Virus record (IMG/VR): IMGVR_UViG_3300006141_000001
Direction: 5' to 3' (one strand)
DNA length: 64,000 nucleotides
From: a virus
Below the pieces are notes generated by a model that saw only the letters and a program-made list of their open reading frames with translations, searched no databases and was not told the origin of the DNA. Position numbers and translations under genes: made by a program. This document shows, in pieces, positions 10,420-18,538 of the stretch (position 1 is its first letter; each line of letters begins with the position of its first letter).

Positions 10420-10995
10420 ATGACAAATGATAATCGTGGGTTACAAACCCATAATAAATATACAGATGCATATGTTGGAATATTAAAAACATATAAAGAA
10501 CAGATTTCGAATTCTGTAACTAAAAAGAATGAATTAAAAGAAAAATTTTTCAATATAATCAAATGGATGTTGTATGCGTTGACAATTATTTTTGCTCTGA
10601 CTATGATAATTTCTCTTGGATTATTTGGTGTAATGGTATGCAAAGATTCCGAATCATCAGGTATTATTACTGGGGCAATTACCACACTTGTATCTTCTTT
10701 TGTTACAATGGTGTTGTCAATATTTAAACTTCCTAAAATTATTGCAGATTATTTATTCAACAAAGAAGAAGATAAATTAATGAAGGAAATAATTGAAAAT
10801 ATTCAGAGTTACGAAATTGAAGCTGTAAAGTATGAAATTAAAAACACTGAATTAGAAAGAGTTATGCAGTTAAAAACAGGAATAAGTGATGCAACAGATA
10901 AAAATTTAGAAGATTCAAACTACGGCGTGCCAGATGACCATCAAAACTCAGAAGAGACGGAGGACGATGTGTTAGAAGAATCTGATGTTTCTTAG
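10420..10995 (+). CDS. two-TM membrane protein with acidic tail
   Basis: Two hydrophobic segments; 18 nt after the IrrE-like gene. Confidence 0.7.
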   Translation: MTNDNRGLQTHNKYTDAYVGILKTYKEQISNSVTKKNELKEKFFNIIKWMLYALTIIFALTMIISLGLFGVMVCKDSESSGIITGAITTLVSSFVTMVLSIFKLPKIIADYLFNKEEDKLMKEIIENIQSYEIEAVKYEIKNTELERVMQLKTGISDATDKNLEDSNYGVPDDHQNSEETEDDVLEESDVS

Positions 10996-11341
10996 GAATA
11001 TTTTAGATGGATTAAGAACTTTGTAAAACTCAAGATGGAGTAAGTTAATCTTTCGCAGGCTTAAGTTATATGATTTATTCTCATCTGTATTTTAAATCTT
11101 AATTTTTTATTCATTCATGGATCTAATACCCTGCTGCTTGCAACGTTCTGAAGAAGGAGTTAGGGTTAGATATCCAGTAGTTTGTTGCGGATAGTTCGTT
11201 AAGTATTTGACAAATCGTTTAATATATATTATAGATAACATGTTATTTTGGCTTTGTGCATTTTATATAAAAATATTTGATTTTTTATTTATTCCAAAGT
11301 TGTACATTGAATACAAAAGGTTCACAGGAGATAAAATTATA

Positions 11342-13375
11342 ATGAAAAAGGAAAAATTCAAAAGTACATTTGCTATAATACATTTGTCAGATTTGCATAT
11401 CGTATCTCATACAAATGATTATTCAATATCTTTACATAAAATGATTGATCATATTTTCACAGTTACTGAAAACATTTCTAAAATTATTATTGTATTTACT
11501 GGAGATTTAGTTGAGAAAGCGGATTTTTCGAATTCGGAAGAAACTATATATAATTTTTTTAATGATTTATACTCTAAGTTAGGAACTAAAATTATTGATA
11601 TTGTATTCACACCTGGAAATCATGATAAAAAAAGAGGTCTTTTAATGTTAAAGACTTTAAAAAACGAGAACAATGAAAAGTTTTGGGGAAATTTTAAGAA
11701 AAACGAGTGGGCTTATTTTGCGAATCAGTTTGATGAATTCTTGAAAATTACACATACTATAAGAAAAGAAATTTTTAAATTGGGAGATACATTTGAAGGT
11801 ACATATGGTATGCACATCACAGAAATTGATTCTTTTAAAATTTGTTTTCTTTGTATAAATTCTTCATGGTTATGTATAGATGAGAATGATGAGGGCAGAT
11901 TAAGAGTTGGAATGTTTCAATTAGATGATTTAAGGTCAGATTATCAAAACAAAAAATCAGAAATAAATTTGGTTATAGCATTAATGCATCATCCTACAGA
12001 TTGGTTGACAAAAGACGAACAAAAATATTTAAACTTATACATGACAGATGAATATAGATTAAATACAAATATTATGTTACAAGGACATATTCACGAGAGA
12101 GAAACATATAATTGGTATAACCAGAACCATTCATTGACAACTTTAGTAACAGGCATGGGATGGGATCAGCAAAAAGAGATTAAAGATAATGGTCATCGTT
12201 ATTCTTTGTATGAAATTAATATGGATAGTTCTGTCATTAGGGTTAATACATTTGTATCTGACAACACTGGTAGGTTTACTGACGATACCGAAGTGTATAA
12301 AGATAATAACATTATATTCCCATTATTTGTTCATAAATATTTAGAAATGAATAAACTCAGATTCAATGGGAGTGAATACCCTCTTTTTTATCCAAATTAT
12401 AATATTGCAGATAATTATGAGGATATTGCGAATGGGATGAACAAATTTTCTATTAATATAATATCAATAATTAAAGATTTCCATTATGATTGCTTAATTC
12501 TCAATGAATATATCGCCTTTATAAAAGATATTATCATGTCGAGTTATGATGATGGAGAAATAAAATGGTCGAAAGAATTTCAAAATATTATAAAAAACAA
12601 AATTTCAAGAAATGATAAATCTCTATTATTAAAAAAGATCCGTAAAAGTAAAGATAAAGATTTTTATGATATTTTTAATAGTCTATGTACTGTTATTGAT
12701 TTAATTTCTAAAAAAGAAGAAATACGCTCTATAACAAAAATGGAAGAAATTTTAGATAAAATTTGTTTAAAACAAATAAATATTGATGCAAAAGATAAGT
12801 TTTATAGTTTTATTGGCTCTATATGTCTTGAATTGCAAAAATGTATTTTTAAAAAAGAGATTTTTTTTGAAGAATCCCTTTTAAGAATACATTTTCGGAT
12901 TGTAAATTTGATGGAAGACGATATAAAGTATAAAAAGTTATTTTCATATTCAGTGATTCAAGAAAAGGGTACAAAAAAACTAAAACCAATTGAAGACTCT
13001 GAACTGTCTGATATTAGTTATGATGGTAGTATGATAGAAAAGAGTTTTTCTTTAAATCGCTCTATGTTATTTTCACTAAATCCTTCAAGCAACAAACATA
13101 AAAGTGAAAATAATTGGATTGACTTCTTAACTATTGCTCCTAAAAATAGTTTCAATCTTTATAAAACAGATGACGATGATACTATACCATATTTATCTTT
13201 TGGTATCTCCGTAAATAGTTTTAAGCTACAAATATACCTTCGTGAACTGTCATTTATAGGATTTGATAAACTACTCTCAAACATTTTAAGTAATTTTTTT
13301 AAAAATATTCCTTTTGATATATCAACACTCTTAGAGGAGGGGGACAAAGTAAATGAATACGATGAATATTTATAA
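11342..13375 (+). CDS. calcineurin-like metallophosphoesterase with long C-terminal domain
   Basis: HLSDLH, TGDL, PGNHD, MHH, GHIH motifs. Start moved to ATG 11342 (AGGAG RBS); the track's TTG at 11207 is part of a TTGACA box. Confidence 0.85.
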   Translation: MKKEKFKSTFAIIHLSDLHIVSHTNDYSISLHKMIDHIFTVTENISKIIIVFTGDLVEKADFSNSEETIYNFFNDLYSKLGTKIIDIVFTPGNHDKKRGLLMLKTLKNENNEKFWGNFKKNEWAYFANQFDEFLKITHTIRKEIFKLGDTFEGTYGMHITEIDSFKICFLCINSSWLCIDENDEGRLRVGMFQLDDLRSDYQNKKSEINLVIALMHHPTDWLTKDEQKYLNLYMTDEYRLNTNIMLQGHIHERETYNWYNQNHSLTTLVTGMGWDQQKEIKDNGHRYSLYEINMDSSVIRVNTFVSDNTGRFTDDTEVYKDNNIIFPLFVHKYLEMNKLRFNGSEYPLFYPNYNIADNYEDIANGMNKFSINIISIIKDFHYDCLILNEYIAFIKDIIMSSYDDGEIKWSKEFQNIIKNKISRNDKSLLLKKIRKSKDKDFYDIFNSLCTVIDLISKKEEIRSITKMEEILDKICLKQINIDAKDKFYSFIGSICLELQKCIFKKEIFFEESLLRIHFRIVNLMEDDIKYKKLFSYSVIQEKGTKKLKPIEDSELSDISYDGSMIEKSFSLNRSMLFSLNPSSNKHKSENNWIDFLTIAPKNSFNLYKTDDDDTIPYLSFGISVNSFKLQIYLRELSFIGFDKLLSNILSNFFKNIPFDISTLLEEGDKVNEYDEYL

Positions 13376-13613
13376 AACCGTATTTTTAGATCGTATGACA
13401 GCGATAGCATTATTAGTTAGATTACAAAATGGGGATATACCTTATCCACATTCAAAACGATGTCGTGAACAATTAATATATTTTTTATCTTGCATTTTAA
13501 CAGATGAAGACAGAGATGAGCCTATATTAAAAATTGATTTTGAGGAATTAGACATGTTTATAGATGATGTCGATACTGCATTTAAAATAATAGAACAGTA
13601 TGGTATAACATGA
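13353..13613 (+). CDS. small protein overlapping the phosphoesterase stop
   Basis: GAGGAGG RBS inside upstream gene; overlap suggests translational coupling. Confidence 0.7.
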   Translation: MNTMNIYKTVFLDRMTAIALLVRLQNGDIPYPHSKRCREQLIYFLSCILTDEDRDEPILKIDFEELDMFIDDVDTAFKIIEQYGIT

Positions 13614-14056
13614 ATTATAGTTATTCGCACTGTACTTAAATAATAAGAGTGAAATCATTTTACTAATATCTAATCATTTAGTTATATAACTTTCCACACA
13701 CCAAAAACTGGTGCAGACACTTGAATTATCAAGAAAAATTGGTGTCTTGACGTTAAAATAGCACCTAATTCCAGAGTTTTACGTTCTTGTTCGTTGGCAG
13801 ATATCACAGCCTGTATCAAAAGTAAAGTGACCGAATGGATAATCTCTCAGGCGGCATTTATACAGGCTTTGTTTGAAAATATCTGCTGGGAAAGTTGAGC
13901 TATTAAATAAATGATACCCAGATTATTCTTGGGTGTCGGTTTTATTTTACTACTACTCTCCCACTATTGGAAATTTTACAGAGATATATAACAAATACAT
14001 GGCGTACGCGGATTAAACAAAGAAAGTTTTTACTTTATAGGGAGGAAAATAATAAA

Positions 14057-14236
14057 ATGAGTCTAATTGTTTGCTTATTTATAATCATGTTTCTTGCAAT
14101 GTTAATCTTTGGTGGGCTGGATATTCTACGGGATGAAAGAAATCCTCTGCCAAAGTTTGAAAATGGCGATGAGCATATAGAGCAGATTAAAGTTATAAAA
14201 AGAACACGTAAAATCATATTAAATATACTTGAATAG
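14057..14236 (+). CDS. small single-TM membrane protein
   Basis: GGAGG RBS, ATG 14057, hydrophobic N-terminus. Confidence 0.55.
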   Translation: MSLIVCLFIIMFLAMLIFGGLDILRDERNPLPKFENGDEHIEQIKVIKRTRKIILNILE

Positions 14237-14494
14237 ATTGTGTTGTATGTTCGTGAGTTAATCGTATAAACTGTTTGAGAACCCAAATGACTCTTGCCGT
14301 TCGTTATAAGTTACGTTAATCCAAAAGAGAGTCGTATCTAAGGTATCATCAGAATATAGGACGGTGATGGTAGTGAAATTAAAAAGCGCCTTTGGCAGTA
14401 AACTTTTATGAGCAATTAAACAGTTGCTCTTTTTTCGTATCAGAAAGAAATAATTATTCTGGTCATAATACAAAAGCGAAAGGAGGAAAATAGC

Positions 14495-14755
14495 ATGAGT
14501 GAATATGGCGAAACTGAAAGAAAGAATGATTTTAATTATTTTATTGATCATTATCAGGAATTTTACAAACAGTATGGGCATAAATTCATTGCCATTAAGG
14601 ATAAAGAAATTCTCGGATCATATGATACTGAATTGGATGCTATAAATACTACATCTAAAAAATATCCTCTTGGGTCTTTTATTGTCCAGGAATGTAATGG
14701 TGATGAGTCCGGGTATACAAATTATATCTCTTCATGGCAGCTTTTTAGTTTATAG
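14495..14755 (+). CDS. small protein, DUF5678-like
   Basis: AGGAGG RBS; F....EFYKQYGHKFIAI...ILG pattern typical of partners of retropepsin-like proteases. Confidence 0.6.
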   Translation: MSEYGETERKNDFNYFIDHYQEFYKQYGHKFIAIKDKEILGSYDTELDAINTTSKKYPLGSFIVQECNGDESGYTNYISSWQLFSL

Positions 14756-14757
14756 GA

Positions 14758-15198
14758 TTGGCGGTGCAACTAATGATAATATCTGTATTTACTGAAAAAT
14801 ACAATGGGATTCAAAAAAGATTGATTAACTCTGCAATTGCGGAATATAATAATAATGTCGCTCCTGTAAAAGCTCAATGGGACACTGGAGCCACTGGAAC
14901 ATGTATATCAAAGGAACTAGCAAAAAAGTTGAAACTTGTCCCTACTGGCCTTGTAAATGTTCAAACACCATCAGGTAATGGAACTATGAATAAATATATG
15001 ATCGACTTAACATTAAACAACGAAGTCAGAATTAGGAATTTACCTGTTATGGACTCTGAAATTGGGAAACAAGGGATAGATGTGCTGATTGGAATGGATA
15101 TTATTTCTATGGGTGATTTTGCAGTATCCAATTTTAATAAAAAGACGCAATTTTCGTTCAGAATTCCATCTCAAGAGCATGTTGAGTATTGCAGATAA
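14758..15198 (+). CDS. retropepsin-like aspartyl protease
   Basis: WDTGATGTCIS catalytic motif and DVLIGMD motif. Confidence 0.85.
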   Translation: MAVQLMIISVFTEKYNGIQKRLINSAIAEYNNNVAPVKAQWDTGATGTCISKELAKKLKLVPTGLVNVQTPSGNGTMNKYMIDLTLNNEVRIRNLPVMDSEIGKQGIDVLIGMDIISMGDFAVSNFNKKTQFSFRIPSQEHVEYCR

Positions 15199-15454
15199 TC
15201 ACTAGTTGTAGGGAATAATTATTAAAGAGATATGCCTATAAAGTTGATTGCACCCCGCTTTCAACTTGCAGTATTATAAAAAGCGCAATTAAGATAAGCG
15301 TGGAAATATCCAAATTAAATCATGCAAAATTTATGTATTACCGAAGATTGGAAAGAATAAAAGGGAGAGGAACAATTAACATCGGAACAGAAGAAAAATC
15401 TTTTTACCTACGGGTATTTAGATTGTTATATCATTTACTGTAATAAACCAATTA

Positions 15455-15483
15455 AAGACTCTACCTACGGGTAGGGTCTTTTG
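15455..15483 (+). terminator. intrinsic terminator
   Basis: AAGACTCTACC-TACG-GGTAGGGTCTT followed by Ts. Confidence 0.65.
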
Positions 15484-15809
15484 AATGTTCTGTCATCATT
15501 ATGTCTTAAAACATTATAAGGAATTAGAACGCTATAAAATCAGTTCCTTATTTAATGCTATTTGCATTATTGATAATATTGTTGTTTTACCATGTATATC
15601 CGCAATTTTTGCATTTAAATGATTTGTTGATTTTTTTGCTAAATAAACCCAACATTGCTACTGATATTACTCTTTTACAGTCTCCTATCTTCTTTATTTT
15701 TGTTGATGAACATGTTGGGCATTTTAGTTTAAGATTTATTGCTATGATGTTTTTTGAAATTGAATTAAGAGTAAAAAATATATTTGGAAATTCATTTTAT
15801 TATTAGGGT

Positions 15810-15838
15810 TTGACAAACTCAATATTTTATAGTATGCT
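15810..15838 (+). promoter_or_regulatory. sigma-A-type promoter
   Basis: TTGACA-17 nt-TATGCT upstream of ORF 15870. Confidence 0.6.
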
Positions 15839-15869
15839 GCAAATATAAAATATACATGAGGATAAAATA

Positions 15870-16937
15870 ATGGGTTATATCAATAAGCTTTTAGATTCGG
15901 ATTCAGAATCAGTAAATAATATGAAACTTAAACAAATTATCGTACTCGCAGGTGATGGCATTATTACTCATAAAAATTCTTTTGAAGAACTTAGGATGTT
16001 TTTCGCCAAAATTGATGCTACAATGATTTGTAAATTTATGAAAGAATGTTTATCCGAAGAAAAAGAAGACAAATTTGATGGAAGAGGCTTTGTATTACAA
16101 GATTTAATAAATGAAGTCGGGCATCGTCTTGGTTATAATGTAACGCATGGTTTATATAAAGGGAAAAAAGGTACTAATGGATTCGATGGATTATGGAAAC
16201 ATCCAAATGGTTTCTCTATTATTGTGGAGTCTAAAACTTCAGATGCATATGCTTTAAATATAGATTCAATAGTAGGTTATCGTGAAAAGTTAATAGAAAA
16301 CCATCAAATTGATAAAAATAAATGTTCAATACTAATTGTTCTTGGCCGAAATGATAAAAACACTTTTACCAATATCATAAAGGGTTCTAATGAAGCACAT
16401 AACATAAGAATCATCAGTGTTGTGGCACTATGCAGACTTTTAGAAATTTATGAAAGTTCAAATAGGCATAAGATAACGCAGAATAAAATTATGGATTTAT
16501 TAATTCCTCACGATTTTGTTCAATTGGATAACTTGGTTGATCTCGTATTCTTAGAAAATGACAATTCAGAAGTATCTATTGAGGAAACAAGGTCATACAC
16601 AGATATTCCTGAATTGCCAGATAAAAACCTTCTTACTGGCAAATTTGTAAATGAGGCAATGAGAAATCTCAGCAATAGTGGATATGTTTTTTCCGAACAA
16701 CAATTAGAATGTATGATGAGTAAGGAATGGAGCAATAAGGTTTTGAAATTGAATTATCCATTTTTTAAATTTTATAATCCGTCTGACATTAAAGGACACT
16801 ATATCAGAAATGTCCAGCGCTATTATGCAAACACTTTTTCATTTGGAAATGTTACTGTATATATAACAAAAGAATGGTATCCAAAAAACAAAAAGCCATT
16901 TATAGAATGGTATGAATCACTTACATATACACTATAG
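15870..16937 (+). CDS. PD-(D/E)XK restriction-endonuclease-like protein
   Basis: Q/E...GFDGLW...IVESKTS catalytic-type motif; separate C-terminal domain; no adjacent methyltransferase. Confidence 0.7.
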   Translation: MGYINKLLDSDSESVNNMKLKQIIVLAGDGIITHKNSFEELRMFFAKIDATMICKFMKECLSEEKEDKFDGRGFVLQDLINEVGHRLGYNVTHGLYKGKKGTNGFDGLWKHPNGFSIIVESKTSDAYALNIDSIVGYREKLIENHQIDKNKCSILIVLGRNDKNTFTNIIKGSNEAHNIRIISVVALCRLLEIYESSNRHKITQNKIMDLLIPHDFVQLDNLVDLVFLENDNSEVSIEETRSYTDIPELPDKNLLTGKFVNEAMRNLSNSGYVFSEQQLECMMSKEWSNKVLKLNYPFFKFYNPSDIKGHYIRNVQRYYANTFSFGNVTVYITKEWYPKNKKPFIEWYESLTYTL

Positions 16938-17133
16938 GGCATAATTTCCACATAGATAAAGGATTACTGTCAAATAGTATAGCAACCATTTATTTCTGTG
17001 AAAATTCATGATTCAAAAGGGATCCATAGAAGCAGGAAGAAAAAGGAAATTGACGAATAATATCTGTGTATGATATTATTGTTATATAAATATAGGTTTC
17101 TTTTTTGTTCATAAAAAATTCACATTCTGTTCG

Positions 17134-17162
17134 TTGACTGTTCTTTGAAATTGGTGTATACT
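17134..17162 (+). promoter_or_regulatory. promoter of type III TA locus
   Basis: TTGACT-17 nt-TATACT. Confidence 0.7.
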
Positions 17163-17190
17163 ATTAGCAAGAAATCTAAAAGGTTTCTAA

Positions 17191-17310
17191 CAAATACGTT
17201 TCACAATGTACGATACCCAAACATTGTTTATTCAATTACATTTCGCAATGTATGACAAGGAAACATTGCCTATACAAATACGTTTCACAATGTACGACAA
17301 AGAAACATTG
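17191..17310 (+). ncRNA. type III antitoxin RNA: about 2.9 tandem 42-nt repeats
   Basis: Units start at 17191, 17233 and 17275 (CAAATACGTTTCACAATGTACGA...AAACATTG) between promoter and terminator. Confidence 0.82.
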
Positions 17311-17312
17311 TT

Positions 17313-17341
17313 AAGACCTTTGTATAAACAAAGGTCTTTTT
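17313..17341 (+). terminator. terminator between antitoxin repeats and toxin
   Basis: AAGACCTTTGT-ATAA-ACAAAGGTCTT followed by T run. Confidence 0.85.
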
Positions 17342-17355
17342 ACTGGGAGATAATT

Positions 17356-17850
17356 ATGATACAAAATGGTATGTACTATATGACTGATGAATATAAAGAT
17401 TTAGTATGTTCACTGGGCGGCGAATGGAATGATAGAAAAAAACGTCCTATAGTTTGTTTATTACAATCTACAGAAAATCCAGAGCTTTACTGGGCTATCC
17501 CCGTAGGGAAAGTAAATCACAGAGATGACAAAGCACTAAAAAGAATAAATATGTATATGTCTTACAAGGATATACGTGGATGTTTTTATCATATTGGCAG
17601 AACAACAAACAAATCTATATTTTTTATTTCAGATGCCGTCCCTATCACTAATAAATACATACTAGAAGAACATTTAGGAGCAGACAAATGCCATTATATA
17701 TTAAAAAATCCTAAATTAATTTCTATCTTAGAAACAAAACTAAAACGTATATTATCATGGGAAAACGCAAACCCAAATTCGTTTAGACAACATATTACAG
17801 ATATTAAAAATTATCTACTTAATGAATTGAATAAAGCGGATTCTATTTAA
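17356..17850 (+). CDS. type III toxin-antitoxin endoribonuclease toxin (CptN/ToxN-like)
   Basis: YYMTDEY...RPIVC...YWAIP motif; canonical repeat-terminator-toxin layout; start 17356 with GGGAG RBS. Confidence 0.8.
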   Translation: MIQNGMYYMTDEYKDLVCSLGGEWNDRKKRPIVCLLQSTENPELYWAIPVGKVNHRDDKALKRINMYMSYKDIRGCFYHIGRTTNKSIFFISDAVPITNKYILEEHLGADKCHYILKNPKLISILETKLKRILSWENANPNSFRQHITDIKNYLLNELNKADSI

Positions 17851-17988
17851 TCATTCTAGGACTATAATAATATTTATATGCAGACAAAATGGCTCTACAG
17901 AAAACATAAATGTAAAGTCATTTTTTGTATAAAAATTACATACACTATTATACTTTTTAGAAAGGACGTGGTTTGACATATGATTTAG

Positions 17989-18381
17989 CTAATTATTTAT
18001 TTCAATCTCTGTCCATTGATCATCACCACCATTAATAGTTAGTTGAGCCATTATAAGTGCATAGTCACCGTACTCGATAATTTTTTCATAATCGTCATCT
18101 TCTATTGTTTGATATATACTATCATAAAAAATGGAATTGTCGTCAAGTAGTATTATTGCTTTATCGTTACTATGATTTGAAGAATAAAATTCTAAATATA
18201 CAGCATTTTTTTCTTTATTATATAAGCATTGATTTATTGATATTTCGTCTGATAAATCCTTATTTATTATTTCTCTTGATTCTTTTATAATCTTATCTTC
18301 TGGCGAACTAGATGAACATCCAGAAATTATAGTTAAGACAATAAAAATTATTAATATGACTTTATTTTTTAGTTGTTTCAT
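17989..18381 (-). CDS. lipoprotein (possible superinfection exclusion)
   Basis: MKQLKNK + hydrophobic stretch + ISGC lipobox; GGAAGGTG RBS; function inferred. Confidence 0.7.
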   Translation of the reverse strand: MKQLKNKVILIIFIVLTIISGCSSSSPEDKIIKESREIINKDLSDEISINQCLYNKEKNAVYLEFYSSNHSNDKAIILLDDNSIFYDSIYQTIEDDDYEKIIEYGDYALIMAQLTINGGDDQWTEIEINN

Positions 18382-18538
18382 GATATCCACCTTCCTTGAA
18401 TTATTTTTACTAATTATAACATTTTTGAATAAAATATTCAATATTTTTGTATTAAATATTTTTGTATTAAATATTTTATTTACACTTTGGTAACTCCACA
18501 ATACCAAAAATAATACTTATGTATTATATTACAGTATG

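Larger units (their letters stand above)
7968..18538 (+). mobile_element. putative giant (10,571 nt) or split group I intron 3 enclosing cargo genes
   Basis: P1 GTCGGT/GCCGAC with U.G at 7967/8002; P4 TGCGG/CCGCA (Q = AATCCGCAG); P7 C-A-GAGCG/CGCTCG; P9.0 GTGCTG (8289-8294) pairs with CAGTAT (18532-18537) directly before G18538; in-frame join KNVG-KFKT. Confidence 0.72.

Noticed and set aside
11207-11341. N-terminal extension of the phosphoesterase
   Set aside because: The TTG is part of a TTGACA promoter-like box; RBS supports ATG 11342
15405-15473. Duplicated TACCTACGGGTA hairpin
   Set aside because: Only two 12-nt copies, one within a terminator; too little to claim a function
17191-17310. 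Short repeats as a CRISPR array
   Set aside because: Contiguous 42-nt units with no unique spacers and no cas genes; layout fits a type III antitoxin
17206-17355. N-terminal 50 aa of the 214-aa track ORF
   Set aside because: Translation of the antitoxin repeats and terminator; the real start with RBS is 17356
18531-18535. G18534 as alternative 3' splice site (TATGAA could pair with TTCATA near 7986)
   Set aside because: Would put exon 4 out of frame and break the P9.0 pairing. Note that P10 support for G18538 is weak
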